Numbered from the stretch's first letter, positions 41,567-51,686 are shown. The stretch: DNA of 64,000 nt from an uncultured Flavobacteriaceae bacterium (GCA_963836885.1 CAWILF010000027.1:4277-68276), one strand, 5' to 3'. Translations and numbers: made by a program. The notes: generated by a model from the letters alone, not told the origin.

Positions 41567-41918
41567 AATTAAGGATAAAAATCTGGCGATATTCGCATAT
41601 TTGACCTCACTACTCCTATACGTACATTTAATAATCTTCATTGCCGCCCTAGGTGTTGCAGTTATTTTGAACAATGGAAAGAATAATGGGTTTGTGAACT
41701 TCCACATAAGGCAGATGATGGGCATAGCATCCATCGCAGTTGTTATAAGCGTGTTTGCGCGACTTATTCCAGATGATCTATACTGGCTGGCATTTCTAAT
41801 AATCACGCTCTTGGTGGTTATGGCCATGTTGGGATTGATCAGCGCACTCAAGAATCAAAAAGATGAACTGCCTTTTTTGGGCAAGTATTTTCAGCAATGG
41901 TTTAGTTTTGTAAAATGA
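41559..41918 (+). CDS. Small membrane protein (DUF4870-like)
   Basis: AIFAYLT...FVNFHIRQ...LPFLG pattern. Confidence 0.7.
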   Translation: MTEIKDKNLAIFAYLTSLLLYVHLIIFIAALGVAVILNNGKNNGFVNFHIRQMMGIASIAVVISVFARLIPDDLYWLAFLIITLLVVMAMLGLISALKNQKDELPFLGKYFQQWFSFVK

Positions 41919-42589
41919 AAACAGAGAATTTAAGCCTTACCCACCTTATAAGACCCGCCAAGAGTAAAAATGCTCCCCTACTCCTACTGCTTCACGGCTA
42001 TGGCAGCAACGAGGACGATCTATTCTCATTTGCACCAGAGATAAGCGAGGATATTTTTATCGTTTCTGCGCGCGCTCCTTACGATATGCAACCCTATGGC
42101 GCAGGCTGGTATGCGATTAATTTTGACAATACGGGAGGTAAGTTCAGCGATCTGGACCAGGCGCGTGAGAGTATGGATAGGATCAAGGTTTTTATTGAAG
42201 AACTCAAGGCCAGCTATCCCATTGATCCTAACAACCTCAACATATTGGGCTTCAGTCAGGGCGCGATTCTTTCCTATGGACTAAGCCTTTCAGATCCCGA
42301 CCTGTTCAAAAATGTAGTGGCGATGAGCGGCTATGTTAATGAAGATCTTGTAAATGATAGGGCTGGAATGAATGTACGCTTTCGCGAAAGCAAAACTCCA
42401 TCAAACTTCTTCATAAGCCACGGGACAATGGATCAAGTAATTCCATTTTCTTGGGCACAAAAAGCAGTTCCCGTTATGGAGGAGGCACGCGCTGATTATA
42501 TTTTCAGGGATTACCCCATAGGCCATGGAGTTGCCCGTGACAACTTCTATGATATGAAAAAATGGTTGGAGAATAGGGTTTTGAAATAG
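41915..42589 (+). CDS. Phospholipase/carboxylesterase
   Basis: LHGYGSN, GFSQG, HGTMD and GHGV motifs. Confidence 0.9.
   Translation: MKTENLSLTHLIRPAKSKNAPLLLLLHGYGSNEDDLFSFAPEISEDIFIVSARAPYDMQPYGAGWYAINFDNTGGKFSDLDQARESMDRIKVFIEELKASYPIDPNNLNILGFSQGAILSYGLSLSDPDLFKNVVAMSGYVNEDLVNDRAGMNVRFRESKTPSNFFISHGTMDQVIPFSWAQKAVPVMEEARADYIFRDYPIGHGVARDNFYDMKKWLENRVLK
42378..42391. repeat. Palindrome copy inside the esterase CDS (VRFRESK frame)
   Basis: Perfect 14-mer, in frame. Confidence 0.95.
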
Positions 42590-42598
42590 GTTGCTGGC

Positions 42599-43102
42599 CT
42601 ACAAATAGAGCAGTTCCTTAACCGTGTTCAATTCAAGATTTTTATCGGCGTCAAAGTTATACTCAATAAGCGCCTCTCCCCAGCGCTGGCCGTCGTAAAA
42701 GTTAACGAGCACCCATTTGTGATTCACAAATAATGTACTGTTGATCTGAAAACCACGATTCTCGCCCGTGTAGGAAATAAGCGAGTTACCGCCTTCCTGC
42801 AAATTGAGGGAAAGCAGTTGATCGGTCACTTGCTGTTTTACAAAGTCTGTTGTGAGACCGGCGTTGTATAAATAGTCTTCGGCCTCTGGATTATTATCCA
42901 ATAGGAAATTGAAAACTTTATCATCAGCAGGCATTTCCTCGATGGCCACATCCTTCTGAGCGTCTTTTTCCTCTGCAAGCTCCTTGCGCAGTTGAGTTAC
43001 CTGACTTTCCAGTTTTTCTTGATACTTGCGACCATTGATGTAGAAAATGAGTGCGATCAATGAGGCAAAAATGAATAAATAAAGGTAAAGGTGCTTTTTC
43101 AT
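42599..43102 (-). CDS. Hypothetical membrane-anchored protein
   Basis: N-terminal TM helix (LYLYLFIFASLIALIFY), coiled coil, NHKW motif. Confidence 0.75.
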   Translation of the reverse strand: MKKHLYLYLFIFASLIALIFYINGRKYQEKLESQVTQLRKELAEEKDAQKDVAIEEMPADDKVFNFLLDNNPEAEDYLYNAGLTTDFVKQQVTDQLLSLNLQEGGNSLISYTGENRGFQINSTLFVNHKWVLVNFYDGQRWGEALIEYNFDADKNLELNTVKELLYL

Positions 43103-43104
43103 AA

Positions 43105-43878
43105 TTAGGTTTTGGAAACCACACATAGGTTATCGTACGCAAGATAGACGCCAGATGGCAATGTTTCCTGCACTTTTTCATGAAATCCTAGATGGTGGCT
43201 TATGTGGGTAAAATAAGTGCGTTTTGGTTGAAGTTCTTTTACGAGTTCCATGGCTTCATCCACATTGAGGTGGGATTTATGTGACTCTTCCCGCAGGGCG
43301 TTGATCACAAGAATGTCTAGGTCGCGAAGTTTTAATTTTTCTTTCTCCGTAATGGTTTTAACATCGGTCATGTAAGCAACATCGCCTATTCTAAAACCAT
43401 GTACGGGCAAAAATCCATGATCTGCCTCTATGGGTGTGATTTCAACACCATTTACCTCAAACTTTTCATGATCAAAAAGATGTACATCGAGGGTAGGTAC
43501 ACCGGGATATTTATCCTTTGTAGTAAATATGTATTGAAAACGTTCTTCCAGCGAATCTTTGACCCGCTGCGTCATGTAGCAATGCAGGTCGCCCTGACGA
43601 AAATAAAAGGGACGCAAGTCGTCCAGTCCGGCCGTGTGGTCGGCATGCTCGTGGGTAAAAAGTACAGCGTTGATCCTCGAGATTCCATGTCTAAGCATCT
43701 GTTGCCTGAAATCTGGACCGCAATCCACGACAATGGCAACATCGCCTATCTCAAACAGAACGCTCACCCTTAAACGTTTATCCTTGATGTCCTTACTTTT
43801 ACAAACGGGATGATTGCTGCCTATAATGGGTATTCCCTGAGATGTTCCCGTACCCAAAAATGTTAATTTTATATCCAT
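43105..43878 (-). CDS. MBL-fold metallo-hydrolase (PhnP-like)
   Basis: LGTGTSQG, DCGPDFRQQ, THEHADH and THISH motifs. Confidence 0.92.
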   Translation of the reverse strand: MDIKLTFLGTGTSQGIPIIGSNHPVCKSKDIKDKRLRVSVLFEIGDVAIVVDCGPDFRQQMLRHGISRINAVLFTHEHADHTAGLDDLRPFYFRQGDLHCYMTQRVKDSLEERFQYIFTTKDKYPGVPTLDVHLFDHEKFEVNGVEITPIEADHGFLPVHGFRIGDVAYMTDVKTITEKEKLKLRDLDILVINALREESHKSHLNVDEAMELVKELQPKRTYFTHISHHLGFHEKVQETLPSGVYLAYDNLCVVSKT

Positions 43879-43929
43879 AAATCTTAGGTTAAAAGTATTG
43901 ATTATTTTTCATTTGCCTAAGTGGTTTGC

Positions 43930-43937
43930 TACCTTTG
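43930..43937 (+). promoter_or_regulatory. Bacteroidota -7 promoter element
   Basis: TACCTTTG upstream of the ATG at 43960. Confidence 0.55.
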
Positions 43938-43959
43938 TTCAATTCACAATATATCTAGC

Positions 43960-45441
43960 ATGGCCATTAGTTTACCCGGAGACCACGATTTTGAATCAGT
44001 TCCTTCCATTAAAAGTAAAACTCTACGTATCAATCTCAATAAAAACATCTATGGCACCTTTGCCGAGATAGGTGCGGGACAGGAAACGGTTCGCAATTTC
44101 TTTAGGGCGGGTGGAGCTTCCGGTACTATTGCAAAAGCGATGAGCGCCTACGACAAGGACTTTTCTGATGCAGTTTATGGCATTCAGGACGATGGTAGGT
44201 ACGTGACAGAGTCGCGACTGCGCAAGATGCTCCAGCACGAGACCGATCTCATTGAAGAGCGATTGTCCCGTGAAAAACACCCAGAAAAATTATTTTTTAC
44301 CTACGCAAACACGGTAGCGACCATAGATTTTGCCAAACGTTATATGGGCCACGGCTGGCTGGGAATTAAGTTCCAGGCAACTCCCGAAGAAGATTATTCT
44401 GAGATCGTGCTCCACGTACGTTTCAAAGAACGCGATGCAAGATTACAACAACTGACCCTGGGAATACTGGGAACTAATCTCATCTATGGTGCATTCTACA
44501 AGCACGACAATCCTAAAAAGCTCATTAAATATCTATACGATCACATCGATAAGGATAAGATCGAGATCGATATGGTGAACTTCGGCGGTCCACTTTTCAA
44601 GGATGTGGACAACCGTCTTATGAGTTTACAACTTATAAGAAATGGAATGACAGAGGCAGTAATGTTTGGGCCTGATGGAAATAATATCCTAAGTGCAAAA
44701 ATTCTCTACAAGAAAAATGTGCTTGCCCTGCGAGGTAGTTTCAGACCGGTTACTAAGGTTAACATAGATATGTATGAGACCGCAAAGCGCCGATTTCTCA
44801 AATCGGGTACGGTAAAGGCAGAAAATGTGGAGACCATTTTTGAGATCACACTTTCCAATCTTAGAGCTAGTGGTGAAATAGATGAGGAAGATTTCATGCA
44901 CCGTGCCGAGTTGCTTTGTTCACTGGGCCAAACAGTAATGATCTCCAATTTCAAAGAATATTATAAACTTGTAGAATACCTTAATAATTATACCAAGGAA
45001 CGTATAGGACTGGTCATGGGAGTTAACAATCTCATTGAAGTCTTTGATACCAAGTACTATACCCATCTGAGCGGTGGAATACTTGAAGCCTTTGGAAAGT
45101 TGTTCTTCAAAGACCTGAGAGTGTATCTCTATCCCATGAAAGATCCTGAAACTGGTGAACTTACCACTAGTGAAAATCTTAAGGTTCATCCTCGTATGAA
45201 AGAGTTGTACAAGTTCTTCAAATACAACGGCAAACTGAAGGATCTAGATGACTACAACCCAGAAATTCTCAATATTTTCTCACGAGAAGTTTTAAAAATG
45301 ATCGATAATGGAGAGGAAGGCTGGAAGCAAATGTTGCCAGAAGGTATTCCTGAACTCATTGAGTCCAAGAATCTCTTCGGTTGCAATACGGTTACTAAGG
45401 ATGAAACAAAGGAAGAACATCTAGAGGACGCTCCACTATAA
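43960..45441 (+). CDS. Conserved protein with CinA-like N-domain and nucleotidyltransferase-like C-domain
   Basis: GGASGTIAKAMSAY resembles CinA/PncC; LRGSFRPVTKVN resembles GSFNPxHxGH of NMNAT. Confidence 0.65.
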   Translation: MAISLPGDHDFESVPSIKSKTLRINLNKNIYGTFAEIGAGQETVRNFFRAGGASGTIAKAMSAYDKDFSDAVYGIQDDGRYVTESRLRKMLQHETDLIEERLSREKHPEKLFFTYANTVATIDFAKRYMGHGWLGIKFQATPEEDYSEIVLHVRFKERDARLQQLTLGILGTNLIYGAFYKHDNPKKLIKYLYDHIDKDKIEIDMVNFGGPLFKDVDNRLMSLQLIRNGMTEAVMFGPDGNNILSAKILYKKNVLALRGSFRPVTKVNIDMYETAKRRFLKSGTVKAENVETIFEITLSNLRASGEIDEEDFMHRAELLCSLGQTVMISNFKEYYKLVEYLNNYTKERIGLVMGVNNLIEVFDTKYYTHLSGGILEAFGKLFFKDLRVYLYPMKDPETGELTTSENLKVHPRMKELYKFFKYNGKLKDLDDYNPEILNIFSREVLKMIDNGEEGWKQMLPEGIPELIESKNLFGCNTVTKDETKEEHLEDAPL

Positions 45442-45885
45442 TATTTGACCCGTGTGGTATTTTGTTTTTACCTTTTCAATGACGTCCAACACTATACCGT
45501 TCTCGTCGATTACAAAGGTAGTGCGGTTTATACCATCGTACTTTTTACCCATAAATTGCTTAGGACCCCATACGCCATAGGCGTTCAACAGGGTATGTTC
45601 CTCATCGGCGAGTAGGTCGTAGGGAAGTTCGTATTTGTTCTTGAAGTTTGATTGTCTTTTTGGGCTATCTGCGCTTGCACCCAGTATTTCATAACCTTGA
45701 GCTTTGAAGCGGTCTATATTATCTCTCAGGTTACACGCTTCGGCCGTGCAGCCTGGAGTGCTGGCTTTGGGGTAAAAAAATAAAACGAGCTTTTTCCCTT
45801 TAAAATCAGAAAGGGAAACTGGATTGCCATCTTGGTTGGGTATGGAAAAATCTGGTGCGGGATCTCCCGCTTTTAATGTGGTCAT
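45436..45885 (-). CDS. bcp: Thioredoxin-dependent thiol peroxidase
   Basis: FFYPKASTPGCTAEAC motif. Confidence 0.95.
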   Translation of the reverse strand: MTTLKAGDPAPDFSIPNQDGNPVSLSDFKGKKLVLFFYPKASTPGCTAEACNLRDNIDRFKAQGYEILGASADSPKRQSNFKNKYELPYDLLADEEHTLLNAYGVWGPKQFMGKKYDGINRTTFVIDENGIVLDVIEKVKTKYHTGQIL

Positions 45886-45919
45886 AGTTGTATTTTTAGC
45901 ATAAACCATAAATATAGAT

Positions 45920-46591
45920 ATGAACAAGATAGAAAAGGTTCAATTTATCATAAATAAACTGGAAGAACTGTATCCCGTCATTCCCGTTCCGTTAGACCAC
46001 AAAGATCCATACACGTTATTAATTGCTGTATTGATGAGCGCCCAGAGCACGGACGTTCGGGTCAATAAAATCACTCCACTCCTATTTGCTCGTGCCGATA
46101 ATCCCCACGACATGATAAAATTGTCGGTAGAGGAAATACGCGAGATCATAAAGCCCGTAGGCCTATCACCTATGAAAGCTAAGGGAATTCATGGACTCTC
46201 CCATATATTAATAGACAAGCACGACGGCAAGGTTCCCCAGACCTATGAAGATCTGGAGGAATTACCTGCGGTGGGGCATAAAACTGCTGCGGTCGTGCTT
46301 TCTCAGGCGTTTGGCATACCTGCATTTCCCGTGGACACACACATTCACCGATTGATGTACCGCTGGAATCTAACCAGTGGCAAAAATGTAGTGCAGACCG
46401 AGAAAGATGCAAAACGATTGTTTCCAGAAGAGAAATGGAACGATCTCCACCTACAGATTATATGGTATGGTCGTGATTATTCTCCGGCTCGTGGCTGGAA
46501 TATTGATAAAGATATCATCACAAAAACGATAGGTCGTAAAACCGTACTGGATGATTATCAGAAACTTGTAGATAAGCGTAATAAGAAGTAG
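45920..46591 (+). CDS. nth: Endonuclease III family DNA glycosylase (no Fe-S cysteines)
   Basis: LMSAQSTD, HhH motif LPAVGHKTA, PVDTHIHR. Confidence 0.9.
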   Translation: MNKIEKVQFIINKLEELYPVIPVPLDHKDPYTLLIAVLMSAQSTDVRVNKITPLLFARADNPHDMIKLSVEEIREIIKPVGLSPMKAKGIHGLSHILIDKHDGKVPQTYEDLEELPAVGHKTAAVVLSQAFGIPAFPVDTHIHRLMYRWNLTSGKNVVQTEKDAKRLFPEEKWNDLHLQIIWYGRDYSPARGWNIDKDIITKTIGRKTVLDDYQKLVDKRNKK

Positions 46592-46608
46592 GTGGTTTTG
46601 AAAAGTTC

Positions 46609-46624
46609 CGCTTTCGCGAAAGCG
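46609..46624. repeat. GCTTTCGCGAAAGC palindrome copy (16 bp), intergenic
   Basis: 17 nt after the nth stop codon. Confidence 0.95.
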
Positions 46625-46632
46625 AGATCCAC

Positions 46633-46664
46633 AAAAAACCCTCTTTCTTGGCTAAAAAAGAGGG
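46633..46664 (-). terminator. Intrinsic terminator for the minus-strand small ORF
   Basis: CCCTCTTT / AAAGAGGG stem followed by a T-run on the minus strand. Confidence 0.65.
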
Positions 46665-46680
46665 CTGGAACGAAAACAAA

Positions 46681-46830
46681 TTAGTTGTTAATTGTTTCAA
46701 AGGTCATGTTCTTGTACCTGGAGATACTCAACGCTTTTGAAAATCCGAGAATACGCTGTATGGTCTCGGTCTTGGGTTCTAATGAATTCAACTGATGTTT
46801 AGGGGGTTTGGAATCGTAAAGTTTTGCCAT
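46681..46830 (-). CDS. 49-aa small protein downstream of the ECF sigma factor (absent from the ORF track)
   Basis: MAKLYDSKPPKHQLNSLEPKTETIQRILGFSKALSISRYKNMTFETINN*, followed by a terminator. Confidence 0.7.
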   Translation of the reverse strand: MAKLYDSKPPKHQLNSLEPKTETIQRILGFSKALSISRYKNMTFETINN

Positions 46831-46891
46831 GATGATTAGTGTTATTTGAATTCTAACGCTATATCGCTGGCAATATTATAATTCTTCCCGA

Positions 46892-47485
46892 TTAATTTGT
46901 AAGTATGATGTTGTGCTTATCGATCACCTTGCGCATGTTGATGAGTGCATATCGCATTCTACCCAGTGCGGTATTGATGCTTACATCTGTTGCTTCGGCA
47001 ATTTCCTTAAAGGACATTTCCTTATAAATACGCATGATGAGCACCTCTTTCTGGTCGTCGGGTAGCTCTAGGATCAGTCTTTTGAGATCTTCATGCACCT
47101 GCGCGGTGATCATGGTATCTTCAGTACTTACCTCACCATCGCTGATAAGGTCAAAGATGTCAAAGTCGTTGCGCGACTGGAACTTGGGCATTCTTTTGTT
47201 CTTTCTGAAGTGGTCGATTACCAGATTGTGGGCAATACGCATGACCCAGGGCAGGAATTTTCCCTCTTCATTGTACTTACCTCGTTTGAGTGTCCTGATG
47301 ACTTTGATAAAAGTGTCTTGAAATACATCCTCGGTAATATCCTTATCCAGTATTTTTGAATAGATAAAACTGTAAATACGTTGTTTGTGACGGTTTACAA
47401 GAATTTCTAGTGATCCTTCATGACCGTCAATATACTGACGGACCAGGGTGGCATCTTTTACGTTTTCCATTTTCATTCTTAGCAA
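46892..47485 (-). CDS. ECF-type RNA polymerase sigma-70 factor
   Basis: EDVFQDTFIK, WVMRIAHNLVIDHFRK and SFKEIAE...SINTALGRMRYA motifs. Confidence 0.93.
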   Translation of the reverse strand: MLRMKMENVKDATLVRQYIDGHEGSLEILVNRHKQRIYSFIYSKILDKDITEDVFQDTFIKVIRTLKRGKYNEEGKFLPWVMRIAHNLVIDHFRKNKRMPKFQSRNDFDIFDLISDGEVSTEDTMITAQVHEDLKRLILELPDDQKEVLIMRIYKEMSFKEIAEATDVSINTALGRMRYALINMRKVIDKHNIILTN

Positions 47486-47666
47486 CTATAGTGATCCCAG
47501 AAAGGCTGAAATCGATTTTTTGAGTAGAATTATGGCTATACGCTAAATGTTTAAGAATTGTTAAGGGGATAAATATAACAACTTTTATTCCAAAGTAACA
47601 AAACATCATAATACATTTTAACATTTTAATAGTCCAAAAGCAAAATCATAACCTAGGCGCACTGTT

Positions 47667-47674
47667 TATCTTTG
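47667..47674 (+). promoter_or_regulatory. Bacteroidota -7 promoter element for uvrA
   Basis: TATCTTTG. Confidence 0.55.
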
Positions 47675-47702
47675 CGTTAAATACCGCAATACTCCCAGTT
47701 TT

Positions 47703-50492
47703 ATGTTTGATAATATTGACCAGTTAAGTCCCAAGAATAATATATTGATAAAAGGTGCGTCGCTGCACAATCTCAAAAGTCTCAACGCAGTCATACCACG
47801 CAATAAGCTGGTGGTTATAACCGGTCTGTCCGGTAGTGGAAAATCCTCTCTGGCCTTTGACACCCTATATGCCGAGGGCCAGCGGCGGTACGTGGAGAGT
47901 TTATCTTCCTACGCAAGGCAATTCTTGGGAAGGCTCAATAAACCTAAGGTTGATTATATAAAAGGTATTGCACCGGCTATCGCCATAGAGCAAAAGGTAA
48001 ATAGCACAAATCCACGATCAACGGTCGGGACAACGACCGAGATCTATGATTATCTCAAACTACTTTTTGCAAGAATAGGTAGAACCTACTCTCCTGTTTC
48101 CGGCAATGAAGTAAAAAAAGATACGGTCACCGATGTGATAAACTATGTAAAGCAACAAGAGGAAGGAACTAAACTATTACTTACCACGCGTTTGATAATC
48201 AAGGGAAAACGCAAAATTTCAGAACAACTGGAGGTCTTGTTGCAACAGGGGTTTACCCGCATAAAAATTAATGATACCGTGCACCGCATCGATGAAGAAG
48301 GACTTTCATTGAGATCAAAGGATGAAATAAAGCTAGTAATAGACCGTATTATCAAACGGGATGGTGAGGATTTTTACAATAGGCTGGCAGATGCCGTGGA
48401 CACAGCATTTTTTGAAGGAAAGGGAATTGCCTTCATCGAGCACATGGATCTTCCCACAAGCCGCGAGTTCAGTAATAAATTTGAGCTGGACGGGATAGAA
48501 TTTCTCGAACCCAATCCACACTTATTCAGCTTTAACAACCCTTACGGTGCCTGTCCCAAATGTGAGGGCTATGGCGATGTGATAGGAGTTGATGAAGACC
48601 TGGTAATTCCCAACACCGCACTTTCCATTTATGAGGAGGCCGTTTTTCCATGGCGCGGCGACAGCATGTCCTATTACAGAAACCAACTTATAAAGAGCGC
48701 GGCAAAATTTGACTTTCCCATCCACAGACCATGGTTCCAACTGACCCAAAAGGAAAAAGATCTGGTCTGGAACGGCAATAAATATTTTGCCGGCATCCAT
48801 TCATTTTTTGAAGAGCTCGAGGCGAAAGCCTATAAAATACAAAACCGAGTCATGCTTTCCCGCTATCGTGGTAAGACCCGCTGCGATAAATGTGGAGGAA
48901 AACGGTTGCGCAAAGAAGCCGATTATGTGAAGATCGCGGGCGTTACCATTTCAGATCTAGTGGGATTGCCGATAAAACAACTACTCCCCTTTTTTGAAAA
49001 TCTAAGCCTGAATCAAAATGATCGTGATATAGCAAAGAGATTGCTGGTGGAGATCAATACCCGACTGGCTTTCCTCAACGACGTAGGTCTCAATTACCTC
49101 AACCTCAACCGGAAATCAAACTCCCTCTCCGGTGGAGAATCCCAGCGCATCAATCTGGCGACCTCACTGGGCAGCAGTCTGGTGGGCAGTATGTACATAC
49201 TTGATGAGCCCAGTATAGGACTGCATCCCAAAGATACCGCCCGACTTATTAAAGTGCTCAAGAATCTACGAGATCTAGGAAATACGGTGATTGTAGTGGA
49301 GCACGATGAAGAAATAATGCAGGCGGCAGACACGATCATAGATATCGGGCCAGAGGCGGGAACCTACGGCGGCGAGGTCGTCGCTCACGGCACGATGGAC
49401 GAGATATTGAAATCGGACAGTCTTACAGCTCAATATTTGAATGGTACTATGGAAATTACGCTTCCGCGAAAGCGAAGATCCTATAAAAACTTTATAGAAA
49501 TTAAAGGCGCTCGACAGAACAACCTTAAAAATATAGATGTCACCTTTCCCTTGGGGATTCTTACAGTGGTCACCGGAGTATCGGGTAGCGGAAAATCGAC
49601 TTTGGTAAAAGAAATTCTCTATCCATCTATTTTAAAGAAATTGGGCGGCTACGGAAAGAAAGCGGGTCATTTTACCTCCATAGACGGAAAATTTTCAAAC
49701 TTAAAATCTGTTGAGTTTGTTGATCAGAATCCCATAGGACGCAGTTCACGGTCCAATCCCGTAACCTATGTAAAGGCCTATGACGATATAAGAAATTTAT
49801 TTTCCCAGCAAAAGATATCCAAGATAAGGGACTATAAGCCAAAACACTTCTCATTCAACGTTGATGGCGGTCGCTGTGAGACCTGCAAGGGTGACGGTGA
49901 GGTAACTATAGAGATGCAGTTCATGGCCGATGTCACGCTGGTCTGTGAAACCTGCAACGGCAAACGTTTCAAAAAAGAAATCCTGGAGGTTAAATTTAGT
50001 GAGAAGAATATTGATGATATTCTCAATCTTACCATTGATAAGGCCATGGATTTTTTTACCGCTAATAATGAAGACAAGATCACGCGCAAATTAAAACCAC
50101 TGCAAGATGTGGGATTGGGCTATGTAACCTTGGGGCAAAGCTCCTCTACCCTTTCTGGTGGTGAGGCACAACGTATAAAGTTGGCCAGCTTCCTGATTAA
50201 GGGTGACACAGCAGACAAGACGCTTTTTATTTTTGATGAACCCACGACCGGCCTGCACTTTCATGACATCAATAAGTTGTTGAAGAGTTTTAATGCACTC
50301 ATAGATAATGGACACTCAGTATTAGTGATTGAACACAACATGGATCTGATCAAATGTGCAGACTACGTCATTGATCTAGGTCCAGAAGGTGGCGATGAAG
50401 GAGGAAAACTTATGGCCAGCGGTACTCCAGAAGAAGTTGCAACAAGTAAAAAGAGTATTACCGCTCCGTATATTGCAGAAAAGTTAGATTAG
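47703..50492 (+). CDS. uvrA: Excinuclease ABC subunit A
   Basis: GLSGSGKSSLAFDTLYAEGQRRYVESLS, two ABC signature motifs, Zn-finger CxxC pairs. Confidence 0.96.
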   Translation: MFDNIDQLSPKNNILIKGASLHNLKSLNAVIPRNKLVVITGLSGSGKSSLAFDTLYAEGQRRYVESLSSYARQFLGRLNKPKVDYIKGIAPAIAIEQKVNSTNPRSTVGTTTEIYDYLKLLFARIGRTYSPVSGNEVKKDTVTDVINYVKQQEEGTKLLLTTRLIIKGKRKISEQLEVLLQQGFTRIKINDTVHRIDEEGLSLRSKDEIKLVIDRIIKRDGEDFYNRLADAVDTAFFEGKGIAFIEHMDLPTSREFSNKFELDGIEFLEPNPHLFSFNNPYGACPKCEGYGDVIGVDEDLVIPNTALSIYEEAVFPWRGDSMSYYRNQLIKSAAKFDFPIHRPWFQLTQKEKDLVWNGNKYFAGIHSFFEELEAKAYKIQNRVMLSRYRGKTRCDKCGGKRLRKEADYVKIAGVTISDLVGLPIKQLLPFFENLSLNQNDRDIAKRLLVEINTRLAFLNDVGLNYLNLNRKSNSLSGGESQRINLATSLGSSLVGSMYILDEPSIGLHPKDTARLIKVLKNLRDLGNTVIVVEHDEEIMQAADTIIDIGPEAGTYGGEVVAHGTMDEILKSDSLTAQYLNGTMEITLPRKRRSYKNFIEIKGARQNNLKNIDVTFPLGILTVVTGVSGSGKSTLVKEILYPSILKKLGGYGKKAGHFTSIDGKFSNLKSVEFVDQNPIGRSSRSNPVTYVKAYDDIRNLFSQQKISKIRDYKPKHFSFNVDGGRCETCKGDGEVTIEMQFMADVTLVCETCNGKRFKKEILEVKFSEKNIDDILNLTIDKAMDFFTANNEDKITRKLKPLQDVGLGYVTLGQSSSTLSGGEAQRIKLASFLIKGDTADKTLFIFDEPTTGLHFHDINKLLKSFNALIDNGHSVLVIEHNMDLIKCADYVIDLGPEGGDEGGKLMASGTPEEVATSKKSITAPYIAEKLD
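49459..49474. repeat. One-mismatch palindrome copy inside uvrA (ITLPRKRR)
   Basis: CGCTTCCGCGAAAGCG with the consensus ATTA flank; the mismatch keeps a Pro codon. Confidence 0.8.
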
Positions 50493-50513
50493 TCAGATAA
50501 ATCAGGACATTTA

Positions 50514-51590
50514 ATGAAAACTCCCAAAATAAGATTGCGGCGCAGAGCTACACCCAAATCCAATAAATCTGTCTTTCTTCCACCGGGAACCATATCTTAT
50601 GTGGGCGAGGAAAGAACGGGAGAAGTAAGCACCGAGACCATCATATATAATACGGATAACTATTCCAAGACCGAAGATCTTTATACGGGAACACTAGATG
50701 ACGATAAAGTGTACTGGTACAACATAGATGGCGTGCATAACATCGACCTGTTGGAAAAGGTGGGAGATAAATTCAATCTACACCATCTACTTCTTGAAGA
50801 TATAGCAAATACGACACAGCGTCCCAAGACCGAGTTTTATGGAGATTATATCTACCAGTGCATAAAAATGATTACTTATGATAGTGAGCATCATGAATTG
50901 CTAGAAGAGCAGGTAAGTATCGTGCTCACCGCAAACTCTGTAATAACATTTCAAGAAAAGACGGGAGATGTTTTTGAAAATATAAGGGATCGCATAGAGA
51001 ATAGCAGGGGCAGAATACGGTCGGTAAAAAACGATTATTTATTTTACGCATTTCTTGATAGCATCATCGACCATTATTTCATTGCGGTTGAACAGATAGG
51101 CGAATACCTAGACCTGCTGGAAGATGAGATTTTTGAAAGTCCGCAGAAGGACAGCCTTAACAAGGCTCAAAGAAATAAGCGATTGCTGTTGAGCTTGCGA
51201 CGTGCCATATATCCACTTAGGGAATCTATAAGTCGATTGCTCAAGGAAGACAGCCCTATAATAGAAAATAAGACCCACGCTTACCTTCAAGATGCTTACG
51301 ATCACTGTATTCAAATTATTGAAACGGTTGAAACCTATCGAGAGATCAATGCCGGACTTAGGGACATGTACCTTTCCAGTGTAAGCCATAAGATGAATCA
51401 AATCATGCAGGTCCTGACCATTGTATCTTCCCTATTTATACCAATGACCTTTGTCGCTGGAGTGTATGGAATGAATTTCACTACCATACCCGAACTAACC
51501 TGGGAGCATGGTTACGAGTATTTTTGGATCATCAACGGAATTATTTTTGTGAGCTTGATCGTATTTTTTAAGTGGAAAAAGTGGATTTGA
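50514..51590 (+). CDS. corA: Magnesium/cobalt transporter
   Basis: PMTFVAGVYGMNF and PEL motifs; two C-terminal TM helices. Confidence 0.95.
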   Translation: MKTPKIRLRRRATPKSNKSVFLPPGTISYVGEERTGEVSTETIIYNTDNYSKTEDLYTGTLDDDKVYWYNIDGVHNIDLLEKVGDKFNLHHLLLEDIANTTQRPKTEFYGDYIYQCIKMITYDSEHHELLEEQVSIVLTANSVITFQEKTGDVFENIRDRIENSRGRIRSVKNDYLFYAFLDSIIDHYFIAVEQIGEYLDLLEDEIFESPQKDSLNKAQRNKRLLLSLRRAIYPLRESISRLLKEDSPIIENKTHAYLQDAYDHCIQIIETVETYREINAGLRDMYLSSVSHKMNQIMQVLTIVSSLFIPMTFVAGVYGMNFTTIPELTWEHGYEYFWIINGIIFVSLIVFFKWKKWI

Positions 51591-51670
51591 AGCCGATCAT
51601 GTAGCTCAAGCCGTTGTTTTATAATTAGTTATATAACAAATCTTCTATTTATTAGGTATGCATAACATTT

Positions 51671-51686
51671 TTGGCATGAGTATTGA
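51671..51686 (+). promoter_or_regulatory. Candidate sigma54 (-24/-12) promoter
   Basis: TTGGCATGAGTATTGA: GG-N10-GA spacing, close to TGGCAC-N5-TTGC. Confidence 0.5.
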
